A DNA stretch of 64,000 nt from Alphaproteobacteria bacterium (GTDB lineage Bacteria > Pseudomonadota > Alphaproteobacteria > SP197), in the NCBI GenBank assembly GCA_965228895.1, contig OZ245842.1:4768001-4832000 (forward strand), given 5' to 3'. A program made the position numbers and the translations under genes. Each line of letters starts with the position of its first letter. Positions within the stretch are counted from its first letter, which is position 1. This document shows positions 32,938 to 40,873 of the stretch, piece after piece. Under the pieces are notes generated by a model. It made no database searches. It saw only the letters and a program-made list of their open reading frames with translations, and was not told where the DNA came from.

Positions 32938-33405
32938 ATGGCGGATGTGATTCGGGACGGGTTGGAAGACGTCGGCGGGCGCGACGTGGCGCCGCTGCTG
33001 GCGCGCGGCATCGGGCGGCTGTTCGACGCCATGGCGGTGGCTTCGCTGACCGAGTTCAGCCTGAAGAACGGCCGGCGCGCCGATGTCCTGGCGCTCGACG
33101 GCGACGGCCGGTTCACCATCGTGGAAATCAAAAGTTCTCTGGCAGATTTTCGTGCCGATTCGAAGTGGCCGGACTATCTTGAGTTTTGTGACAACTTTTT
33201 CTTCGCCGTGCCGCAGGGGTTCCCCATCGATGTTTTGCCCGAGAACGAAGGCCTGATGATCGCCGACCGCTGGGACGCCACCATCATCCGGCCATCGGCC
33301 GAGCGCGCCATGCATGCCTCGCGCCGCAAGGCGCTGACCCTGCGCTTCGCGCGCCAGGCCGCGCAACGCCTGCAACGGTTGAACGACTCCCCGACACCTG
33401 GATGA
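32938..33405 (+). CDS. mmcB: MmcB family DNA repair protein (PD-(D/E)XK nuclease)
   Basis: GRRADV, IVEIKSSLADFRADSKWPDY, CDNFFFAVP. Confidence 0.88.
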   Translation: MADVIRDGLEDVGGRDVAPLLARGIGRLFDAMAVASLTEFSLKNGRRADVLALDGDGRFTIVEIKSSLADFRADSKWPDYLEFCDNFFFAVPQGFPIDVLPENEGLMIADRWDATIIRPSAERAMHASRRKALTLRFARQAAQRLQRLNDSPTPG

Positions 33406-33422
33406 CCGCGCCCAAGCCGGGT

Positions 33423-33513
33423 CTAGAGCGGATCATGGTTCGGTGGAACCGTCTGGCGGTTCGACCGAACCATGTGAATCCGCTCTCCATTCATAGCGTA
33501 GAGCAGGTTCACC
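33423..33513. repeat. Palindromic intergenic element, family B copy 2 (second hairpin truncated)
   Basis: CTAGAGCGGATCATGGTTCGGT..ACCGAACCATGTGAATCCGCTCT, then a spacer and TAGAGCAGGTTCAC. It has the same GAGCRGAT/GTGAATCYGCTC ends as the 31.8 kb element. Confidence 0.72.
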
Positions 33514-33517
33514 TGCC

Positions 33518-34759
33518 GTGACGGAATCGCGAAGCGATACCTTCAAATCAGGACCTGCTCTAAGGCGGCGCTTGGGTTTCTGGTTGCTGACGCTTTACGG
33601 CCTCGGCGTCACCATCGGCGCCGGCATCTATGTGCTGATCGGCAAGGTCGCGGGCGAGACTGGCGCCTTGATGCCGCTGGCGTTTCTGGCCGCCGCCGTC
33701 CTGGCCGGCTTGACCGCGCTCTCCTTCGCCGAACTCGCGGCGCGTTTTCCCAGGAGCGCCGGGGAAGCCATCTATATCGCTGAGGGTTTCCGCTCCAAGA
33801 CCCTGTCGCTGATCGCCGGTCTGGCGGTCGCCCTGGTCGGCATGGTGTCGTCGGCGGCGATCGCCATCGGCGCGGCCGGCTACATCGCCGAGATCGTGCC
33901 GCTGCCACAATGGGCCTTGATCACCATCGTCATCGTCGCGCTGACCGCCCTGGCGTGCTGGGGCATCAAGGAGTCCGTCCTTGTCGCCGGCATCGTGACG
34001 GTGCTGGAGATCGGCGGCCTGCTGCTGGTCATCGGCGTTGCCCTGCCCGAGTTTTCCGAACTCGGCGAGAGGCTGACGACCACCATGCCCGCCGATGGTT
34101 TCGTGTGGGCCGGTTTCATGGGCGCCATGCTGCTCGCTTTCTTTGCCTTTGTCGGCTTCGAGGACATGGTCAACGTGATCGAGGAGGTGAAGGAACCGCG
34201 CCGCATGATGCCGCGCGCCATCATCGCGACGCTGATCGGATCGACCGTCATCTATGTCCTGGTGGCGCTTGCGGCCCTTGCCGTCGTGCCACCCGGCGAA
34301 CTGGCGGCGAGCGACGCGCCGCTGGCGCTGGTGTATGAAAAGGCGAGCGGCACGTCGCCCATCCTCTTGATCACGATCGCCAGCTTCGCCACGTTAAATG
34401 GTGTTGTGATTCAGACCGTCATGGCATCGCGCGTTCTCTATGGGTTGAGCTGGCAAGGCTCGATCCCCGCGGTCTTTGGCCGCATCAACCCCTTTACCCA
34501 CACCCCGATCATCGCGACGGTCTCCGTCGGGGCCTTGATCTTGATCATGGCGCTCGCGCTGCCGATCGATACGCTCGCCGAGGCGACGGCGTTGATCGTG
34601 CTGGCCATTTTCACCGCCGTGAACCTGGCGCTGGGCCTGATCAAGCGGCGCGACACGATCGGGCCGTCACGTTTCACCGTGCCCGCCTTCTGGCCCTGGC
34701 TCGCCTTTGCGGCCAGCCTGGCGATCCTCGTCGCCGATGTGGTTCGGCGGCTTCTATGA
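33518..34759 (+). CDS. APC-family amino acid permease
   Basis: TIGAGIY, FPRSAGE, FFAFVGFE, multiple TM segments. Confidence 0.9.
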   Translation: MTESRSDTFKSGPALRRRLGFWLLTLYGLGVTIGAGIYVLIGKVAGETGALMPLAFLAAAVLAGLTALSFAELAARFPRSAGEAIYIAEGFRSKTLSLIAGLAVALVGMVSSAAIAIGAAGYIAEIVPLPQWALITIVIVALTALACWGIKESVLVAGIVTVLEIGGLLLVIGVALPEFSELGERLTTTMPADGFVWAGFMGAMLLAFFAFVGFEDMVNVIEEVKEPRRMMPRAIIATLIGSTVIYVLVALAALAVVPPGELAASDAPLALVYEKASGTSPILLITIASFATLNGVVIQTVMASRVLYGLSWQGSIPAVFGRINPFTHTPIIATVSVGALILIMALALPIDTLAEATALIVLAIFTAVNLALGLIKRRDTIGPSRFTVPAFWPWLAFAASLAILVADVVRRLL

Positions 34760-34804
34760 TTGCGATCCAACAACATGAGCTTCAACACCGGACGGAGGAC
34801 CACC

Positions 34805-35263
34805 ATGAAGTCGAAGCGGTTATGGCTTGTCGTCGCCGATGGTTCACGCGCACGCATTCTCGCGCGCAATGGGGTGAACGGCGCCCTGGCTGAGATCGAA
34901 CAGCTCGATCACGCCGCGGCGCGCGCCCATGTCCGCGATCTCGTGACCGACGGCCAGGGCCGCACCTTCGACAGCGGCGGCCAGGGCCGCCATGCGGTGG
35001 AACCCACGACCGAACCCAAGGATCACGAGAAGACCGAGTTCCTGGACCATCTGGCCGAGCGCATCAACATGGCCGTCGCCAAGAACAAGTTGGACGAACT
35101 GGTGGTCATGGCGCCGGCGACCGCGCTCGGGCGCTTGCGCGATAAACTGTCGAAACAGGCAAGCCAGCGCGTCGCCGCCGATCTGGGCAAGGACCTGACC
35201 GGTCACACCGTGCGCGAGCTGGAAGCGCGGCTGAAGGAGCTGACCCGGCCCTGGAAGGACTGA
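34805..35263 (+). CDS. Host-attachment / baeRF12-like protein
   Basis: WLVVADGSRARI, GRTFDS, VMAP..LGRLR, KDLT; RBS GGAGG. Confidence 0.82.
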   Translation: MKSKRLWLVVADGSRARILARNGVNGALAEIEQLDHAAARAHVRDLVTDGQGRTFDSGGQGRHAVEPTTEPKDHEKTEFLDHLAERINMAVAKNKLDELVVMAPATALGRLRDKLSKQASQRVAADLGKDLTGHTVRELEARLKELTRPWKD

Positions 35264-35273
35264 GAGGCGCGGC

Positions 35274-35693
35274 GTGACCACGGGCGACCTGCCGACCTTC
35301 GAATGCGCGGTCGCCCTGATCGTCGCCGACAGCCGCGTCCTGCTCGGCCACCGGTCGAAGGACCGGCCGACCTATCCCGACGTCTGGGATCTCTTCGGCG
35401 GCCATGTCGAGGAAGGCGAGACGATGGAGGAGGCTCTTGCGCGCGAGCTCGACGAGGAGCTCGCGATCCGACCGACCGCGTTCGAACGCTTCACAGAACT
35501 CGCCGAACCGGAAGCCGGCCCCTATGGCCACAAGCGCTACACGATCTTCAAGGTGACGGCCTGGGACGGTCCCGGCCCGCGCCTGACCGGCGACGAACAC
35601 ACGGAGATCGCCTGGTTCACCCCCGACGAAGCCCGCAACGCTAACCTCGCCCACCGCGTCTACCGCACTCTGATCGCGGATGCGGTTGGGTGA
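35274..35693 (+). CDS. NUDIX hydrolase (MutT-like)
   Basis: Nudix box GGHVEEGETMEEALARELDEEL. Confidence 0.9.
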   Translation: MTTGDLPTFECAVALIVADSRVLLGHRSKDRPTYPDVWDLFGGHVEEGETMEEALARELDEELAIRPTAFERFTELAEPEAGPYGHKRYTIFKVTAWDGPGPRLTGDEHTEIAWFTPDEARNANLAHRVYRTLIADAVG

Positions 35694-35704
35694 AGGCCCC
35701 AGTG

Positions 35705-36151
35705 TCATCGCGCGACGTCACGCAACCAGCGGACGACGTCACCGTCTTCGTCAAACGTGCTCCACGGCCACGTGCCCCAGCCTACCGCGCGCGACTCCGC
35801 CTTGCCGCCGACCATGACGATGCGTTCGAGCTCGGCGCACTCATCTCGCTGATCGAAGTCGGGGGGCGGCAGGGCTTGCTCTCTCGCCAACGCCGTCGCG
35901 ATTTTCATCGTGTTGTTCCACACACCGCTGTCATCGAACAACACCATCGCCGGGCGCGCGACAACAGTGTTCGGCCCCGATAACCAGGCGACATCTCGGT
36001 CGCGATAGTTCAGCGTGTCAACGAACTCCAGCGCCGCCTCCGGAGTCATCGGACCGACAACAGACTGGTGAGAGGTGACAACGAGCGAGCCATTGTCGAC
36101 AAAGCATGGCGGGCGGAACGGGACCCAGCCGAACTGGAACCAGATGCCATG
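35705..36151. repeat. 447-bp direct repeat shared with 37878-38324 (3' halves of paralogs 4 and 2)
   Basis: Same length, no indels, and long identical runs (e.g. GCGCGACTCCGCCTTGCCGCCGACCATGACGATGCGTTCGAGCTC). Confidence 0.85.
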
Positions 36152-36511
36152 AGCGACGGAGACGATCGCCAGAAACGTCGCGCCGCGAACCCACGGCTTC
36201 CACCGCGCAACCGGCGCGGGCCACCTGCAATACCAGCCCACCGCGAACACGATAGCCGCGATGGAACCGAAAGCGCCGAACGGCGTCTCAAGGTAGGCCA
36301 TGAAGTAAAGCAAGACGAACACGTCCCACTTGCCGAACAGGACAAAAGCGAGATGGATATGTGTCGACGCGACAAGCACGAACGCCTTTGCATAGAAGAA
36401 GGTGGCAACGGCCGAGAGAAGAACGAACGCACCGATACGTAGCCGCCACCGCCAATCGCGTTTGGAAGGTCGACGGTGGTGTGGTCGATAGGAGGGGATG
36501 AGACCGATCAT
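35705..36511 (-). CDS. Membrane protein, putative immunity paralog 4 (cassette 1)
   Basis: Hydrophobic N-half, then the family motifs HxxWFxxGWxxFxPxC, GPM, RP, CxxLE, GWGxWPW. Confidence 0.8.
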   Translation of the reverse strand: MIGLIPSYRPHHRRPSKRDWRWRLRIGAFVLLSAVATFFYAKAFVLVASTHIHLAFVLFGKWDVFVLLYFMAYLETPFGAFGSIAAIVFAVGWYCRWPAPVARWKPWVRGATFLAIVSVAHGIWFQFGWVPFRPPCFVDNGSLVVTSHQSVVGPMTPEAALEFVDTLNYRDRDVAWLSGPNTVVARPAMVLFDDSGVWNNTMKIATALAREQALPPPDFDQRDECAELERIVMVGGKAESRAVGWGTWPWSTFDEDGDVVRWLRDVAR

Positions 36512-36526
36512 GTCCGCGACAGCCGC

Positions 36527-37291
36527 TTACGCGTCCCTATAGAGATCGCGAAGCCAGCGGGCGAACGAGCCGTCATCGTGGATTGTGTTCCACGGCCACA
36601 AGCCCCAGCCCGCCCGCCATAACACGGCCCGACGGTCAACAAGGGCGTTGCGTTCGATGGCGTGACAGACACCGTACTTAGTACCGGCTAGGTCTGCCGG
36701 CATCGGCCTAGCGCCGACATATTCGGAGATCCTTTCGACCCGCTGGCTATCCAACAAGCCGAAGACGGGTCTGACCAGAATGGTATGGGCGTCCGAACGG
36801 TGAACGGCATGTTCGCCCAAGCTCTCGATGAGTTCTCGCTCGAAGTGATCGGCATAGGCTGGATCCAGTCTTCCAACGAGTGTGTGTTGGTTGTTCATGC
36901 CGCCCACGCCCGCATTGTGCCGACAGGTCGGGTAAAACGTCGTCCAGCCAACCAGGAACCAACCGGTGTGCAAAACGACGATGACGGCCAACACAATCGT
37001 TGCCCGTTTCCAGGCCTTGAGCCTCGCCATGCCGAGCGGCAGCGGCAGATACCAACCCACGGCGAAGACAACCGCCGCGACAGTGGCGAACGCCGTAACC
37101 GGGAAGTTTAGGTATGCCCACAGATAGAATAGATAGAGGATCAGGCCCTTCACCACGTCGAGCCCGAACAAGGCAAGGAGCGGGACGGCAAGGACGGCAG
37201 CGATCAGCAGACGCCGCAACAGGCGGACGTGATTTGGATCGGGCGGCCATCGACCTTGGCTGATCCCCGGCAACAGATTGAGCCAGATCAT
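36527..37291 (-). CDS. Membrane protein, putative immunity paralog 3 (cassette 1)
   Basis: Start MIWLNL at an ATGA overlap with the upstream stop; HTGWFLVGWTTFYPTC, CHAIE, GWGLWPWN. Confidence 0.8.
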   Translation of the reverse strand: MIWLNLLPGISQGRWPPDPNHVRLLRRLLIAAVLAVPLLALFGLDVVKGLILYLFYLWAYLNFPVTAFATVAAVVFAVGWYLPLPLGMARLKAWKRATIVLAVIVVLHTGWFLVGWTTFYPTCRHNAGVGGMNNQHTLVGRLDPAYADHFERELIESLGEHAVHRSDAHTILVRPVFGLLDSQRVERISEYVGARPMPADLAGTKYGVCHAIERNALVDRRAVLWRAGWGLWPWNTIHDDGSFARWLRDLYRDA

Positions 37292-37785
37292 GAGCCGCCA
37301 CGCTTCGGCGGTACCGCACAAGACCTTGCACTTCGCCTCTGAAACCAATCGACCATGAGCCGGACCGGACCGATGACGAGGGCGGCAGCAGCCATCAGCC
37401 AGCCAGCTAGTCCAACCATAACGACCAAGGCACCGGCCCAATCGTCGGGCGTGGCTGCGGGCTTTATGCTCAAAAGAGGCCAAACCCAGAAAGGATGGCT
37501 GAGTGTCAAAGCGATGGTCACCGCCAAGGCAGCGATCGTGGTCCGCTTAGCGCCGAACCACGCGATAAGTTTCCATGCGCCCAGGACAATGACGAAGGGT
37601 GTTGCCGGTAGAAGCAGGACAAGCCAACGCTCGTCGATTGGCTGCGCGATCCATAGGAAAGGCAGGGCAACGACGCCGTAGATGACGACGAACGCGAGTG
37701 TCGTCACGCTGAAGAGCCGGACGTGCCCCGGCGGCGGTTCTCCTCCGCCGCCCTGGCCAGCATTGGTCCAGTTGATACGGAACAC
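37288..37785 (-). CDS. Unrelated ~4-TM membrane protein inside the array (possibly 5'-interrupted; extends to 37881 across an in-frame TAA)
   Basis: Four hydrophobic segments; its stop overlaps the next ATG. Confidence 0.6.
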   Translation of the reverse strand: MFRINWTNAGQGGGGEPPPGHVRLFSVTTLAFVVIYGVVALPFLWIAQPIDERWLVLLLPATPFVIVLGAWKLIAWFGAKRTTIAALAVTIALTLSHPFWVWPLLSIKPAATPDDWAGALVVMVGLAGWLMAAAALVIGPVRLMVDWFQRRSARSCAVPPKRGGS

Positions 37786-37877
37786 GGCTTAACGCCCGAC
37801 CAACGCAAAGAGGATGAACAAATCATCCGCGCCCGCCCGCGACGGTATCGGTATCCCGAACAGAACGCCGCGCACCA

Positions 37878-38651
37878 TCATCGCGCGATGTCACGCAGCC
37901 AACGAACGACAAGACCGCGCTCATCGAACGTGTTCCACGGCCACGTGCCCCAGCCCTTCGCGCGCGACTCCGCCTTGCCGCCGACCATGACGATGCGTTC
38001 GAGCTCCGCACACTGGTCGCTCCGATCAAAATCAGGGGGCGGCAGGCCTTGCTCCTGCGCCAAAGCCGTCGCGATCTTCATCGTGTTGTTCCAGACGCCG
38101 CCGTCATCGAACAGCGCCATCGCCGGGCGCGCGACGACAGTGTTCGGTCCCGACAACCAGGCGACGTCGCGGTCCCGCCAGTTTAAGGTGTCAACAAACG
38201 CCATTGCCGCCTCGGGCGTCATCGGACCGACAAGAGCGTGGTGGCCACCGAGCGACAACGGGCCATCACCCGTGCTGCAAGGCGGCCGGAAGGACACCCA
38301 GCCGAACTGGAACCAGATGCCATGCGCGACGACAACAACCGCCAAGACCGCGAAGCCGCGTCGCACTGGCGACAAACGCGCCAACAGCGGCGGCCAGCGC
38401 AGATACGTGCCCAATGCGAAGATGACCGCCATCAGCGTGCCGAAGGCGACAACAGGCGATAAAGCCAGTAGCAGGACGGGAAGAAAAAACATGCTGATGA
38501 CAAGGAGAGGATTGTTGCCCGGCCACATCCACACCGCTACCAGGCTGCCAACGAGCAAGACAACGACAGTTAGGTTGGACAGCCATCTAGACCGGAGTAT
38601 CCACCGGCCGCGTCGCACCTTCTCTCCGCTTGTCGTTTCGCGCCGCGCCAT
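37878..38651 (-). CDS. Membrane protein, putative immunity paralog 2 (cassette 1)
   Basis: HGIWFQFGWVSFRPPC, LVGPM, CAELE, GWGTWPWN. Start chosen at MARRETT. Confidence 0.8.
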   Translation of the reverse strand: MARRETTSGEKVRRGRWILRSRWLSNLTVVVLLVGSLVAVWMWPGNNPLLVISMFFLPVLLLALSPVVAFGTLMAVIFALGTYLRWPPLLARLSPVRRGFAVLAVVVVAHGIWFQFGWVSFRPPCSTGDGPLSLGGHHALVGPMTPEAAMAFVDTLNWRDRDVAWLSGPNTVVARPAMALFDDGGVWNNTMKIATALAQEQGLPPPDFDRSDQCAELERIVMVGGKAESRAKGWGTWPWNTFDERGLVVRWLRDIAR

Positions 38652-38669
38652 GTCCGCGTGAGCCCCCAC

Positions 38670-39437
38670 CTAGTCCTTGTGGAGGCTGAGCAGCCATTGA
38701 ACGAAGGCACCATCTTCGTCGAACGTGTTCCATGGCCAGTAGCCGTAACCGACAAGTCGTGAGTCGGCATGCCCTCTAGCCATAAGTGCCTCTTCTATCG
38801 CGCCGCAATGCCCTGTCGATACGCGACCGCCAAGATCATCGGCAATGTTGATCGTGTAGCGCTCGTGAACACTATTGGGAAAGAGGGCTATGGCCGGCCG
38901 TACCAGAACGGTGTGGTCGCCGACCAGCCGGGCCGCGTCCTCGCTGTACTGCCTCTGCAAGACATCGACGAAGCGCCGCGCGGCCTCGGCCTTCATCGGC
39001 CCCTTCAGCAGTGTTTCACTACCGTAGAACGGGTCGAAATTCCCGGAGCACGGCGGCCGGAACGGCATCCAGCCAGTGTGAAACCAAGCAGCGTGTAGAA
39101 CAAAGATGACGACCAGCCAGGTGAGACCGCGCATCGGCGGCCATTGCCGCGCCAGCATCGGTGGCCATCGCAGGTAACAACCCAATACGAAGATGAAAGC
39201 AGCCACGGCCCCGAAGGCCACATGAGGCAGTTCCGTAAAGGCCATGATCACCAGCATCACAAACGCGATTGGCAGAGGGAACATCGCGTCCGACCAGAAC
39301 CCGTTCGCCAAGACCAACACGACAATGATGAAACCGGCGCACAGAAGCCAAACTCGGTCGCGTTTGGAAAGCCGGTCGGGGCGCGGCCGACGACGTGGGC
39401 GACCGCCGTTGCCGGAAGGCGGGGAATCAGGTGTCAC
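38670..39437 (-). CDS. Membrane protein, putative immunity paralog 1 (cognate position, cassette 1)
   Basis: HAAWFHTGWMPFRPPC, LKGPM, CGAIE, GYGYWPWN; starts 24 bp after the stop of the lead gene. Confidence 0.8.
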   Translation of the reverse strand: MTPDSPPSGNGGRPRRRPRPDRLSKRDRVWLLCAGFIIVVLVLANGFWSDAMFPLPIAFVMLVIMAFTELPHVAFGAVAAFIFVLGCYLRWPPMLARQWPPMRGLTWLVVIFVLHAAWFHTGWMPFRPPCSGNFDPFYGSETLLKGPMKAEAARRFVDVLQRQYSEDAARLVGDHTVLVRPAIALFPNSVHERYTINIADDLGGRVSTGHCGAIEEALMARGHADSRLVGYGYWPWNTFDEDGAFVQWLLSLHKD

Positions 39438-39461
39438 TGATGCTTCTCCGTCACACCACGC

Positions 39462-40841
39462 CTACTCAAGTACCGGATGGGTTCCGACAGGTCCGTCGTC
39501 GGGTGCCGTCTCGTCGCGGTCCAGTTCCCGCCAATTGATCTTTGACTTGGATCGATCAGGTTGACCGTCGACGAGAGTGATGAACCCTGTTACGAGCCAC
39601 AATCTGCTGCTCTGGGTTCGAAACGGTTTGGCCAAATCGTAGACTTCGAGATCGCGCAAATCGCTGGCCGTAACGTTTGGCAATTTCAATGAGAGAGTCG
39701 ATACCCAGCCAGCCAAGCCGAAATCGTCTTCAAAATCGTAACGTTCGTCAAAACGCATATCGACCCGGCCCGCCACATAGATGACATCGCCTCGACGGGT
39801 GAACGACAGGTTTCCATAATCTTTGATCGCTGCCGCACCGAAGGCCGCTATGAAGTCACGTTCAAACCTCGTGACGGCCGGTGTTTCATCTCTCTTGCTA
39901 GCCAGAGAGAACACATTGGGTTTCCAAACTGCGTCCCAACGGACCCGGCTGCTACTTCCATCGGTCCCCAGCTTTATCGTTTCTCCGTCCTGCAACCTCA
40001 AAAACGGTTCGCCAAACACATCGTCGTGCGTTGCTCCCAAAAACCAGTTCTCATAGTGATTTCGAACAGTCTTCTCTGCAGATCGAAACAGCGAGAACCC
40101 ACGCAATAGGGACCATGGCATCGTGTATGTGCCTCCCTCGTTCTTGACGTAGCGATCGAGGAACTCACTTGACAAGATGAAGCCATCGTCTCGCCCAATC
40201 TCAACTATCTCTTTGACGGCATTGATAGTTTCCTCCAACTCCTCGCGCAGCTTGGGATCGTCAGGCGACCTTTGCTTATCTTCCAGGAGCATGTCTTCGA
40301 CAGTTTCACGCAACCGATCGAACGACACAGTCGGCAAGCCAGCTGCAGGACGAGTGCTGACCCGACGCGTTGCCGACAACGGCTGGTCAGCGGACGACGA
40401 CACTTTCCGTTGTCGAACAGGCGACGGCTTACCGCCCCGTCTGTTGGCATCGGCCAAAGTCGGTGTGGCGTCATCCGATGGCTCGCCCAACCTCCTGCGC
40501 CCCCCACCCGTCAAGATTGTGCCCTGCCGCACCGGCGGCGCCTCCTTCTCCTGCCCGAGGCGCAGGCGGCGTTCGCGGGCGGGGTCGAAGGGTTCGAGTT
40601 CGTCGACGAAGGGTTTGGGGCGGCCGATGCGCAAGGGCTTCGGCTTGCCGCTGGGGTCGTCGTAGACGCGGCGGAACTGGCGGTGGATGTAGGCGCGGTA
40701 GTCGGGGTCGCCGTCCAGATAGCGGGCGTCGCGCATGAGGTGCGCGAGCTGGCCGCTGAGGCGCTTCTCGATTTCGTCCTCGATATCTTCCCGGGTCTTG
40801 GCGCGCGGCCGGCGTTTCAGCGGATCGTCACGTTGCGGCAT
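39462..40841 (-). CDS. Putative toxin 1: conserved N-terminal module + low-complexity linker + colicin-M-like C-terminal domain
   Basis: GGAG RBS; full-length homolog at 59199-60437; C-terminal FG..I..YG.L.F.R.GD.I.V.G.V...DExYDFE. The ORF is secure; the function is inferred. Confidence 0.65.
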   Translation of the reverse strand: MPQRDDPLKRRPRAKTREDIEDEIEKRLSGQLAHLMRDARYLDGDPDYRAYIHRQFRRVYDDPSGKPKPLRIGRPKPFVDELEPFDPARERRLRLGQEKEAPPVRQGTILTGGGRRRLGEPSDDATPTLADANRRGGKPSPVRQRKVSSSADQPLSATRRVSTRPAAGLPTVSFDRLRETVEDMLLEDKQRSPDDPKLREELEETINAVKEIVEIGRDDGFILSSEFLDRYVKNEGGTYTMPWSLLRGFSLFRSAEKTVRNHYENWFLGATHDDVFGEPFLRLQDGETIKLGTDGSSSRVRWDAVWKPNVFSLASKRDETPAVTRFERDFIAAFGAAAIKDYGNLSFTRRGDVIYVAGRVDMRFDERYDFEDDFGLAGWVSTLSLKLPNVTASDLRDLEVYDLAKPFRTQSSRLWLVTGFITLVDGQPDRSKSKINWRELDRDETAPDDGPVGTHPVLE

Positions 40842-40858
40842 GATTCACTCCAGAGTCG

Positions 40859-40873
40859 GTTCACACTCTGTTC
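40859..40873 (-). promoter_or_regulatory. Alphaproteobacterial LexA (SOS) box
   Basis: GTTC-ACACTCT-GTTC (GTTC-N7-GTTC), 17 bp upstream of the toxin 1 start. Confidence 0.72.
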
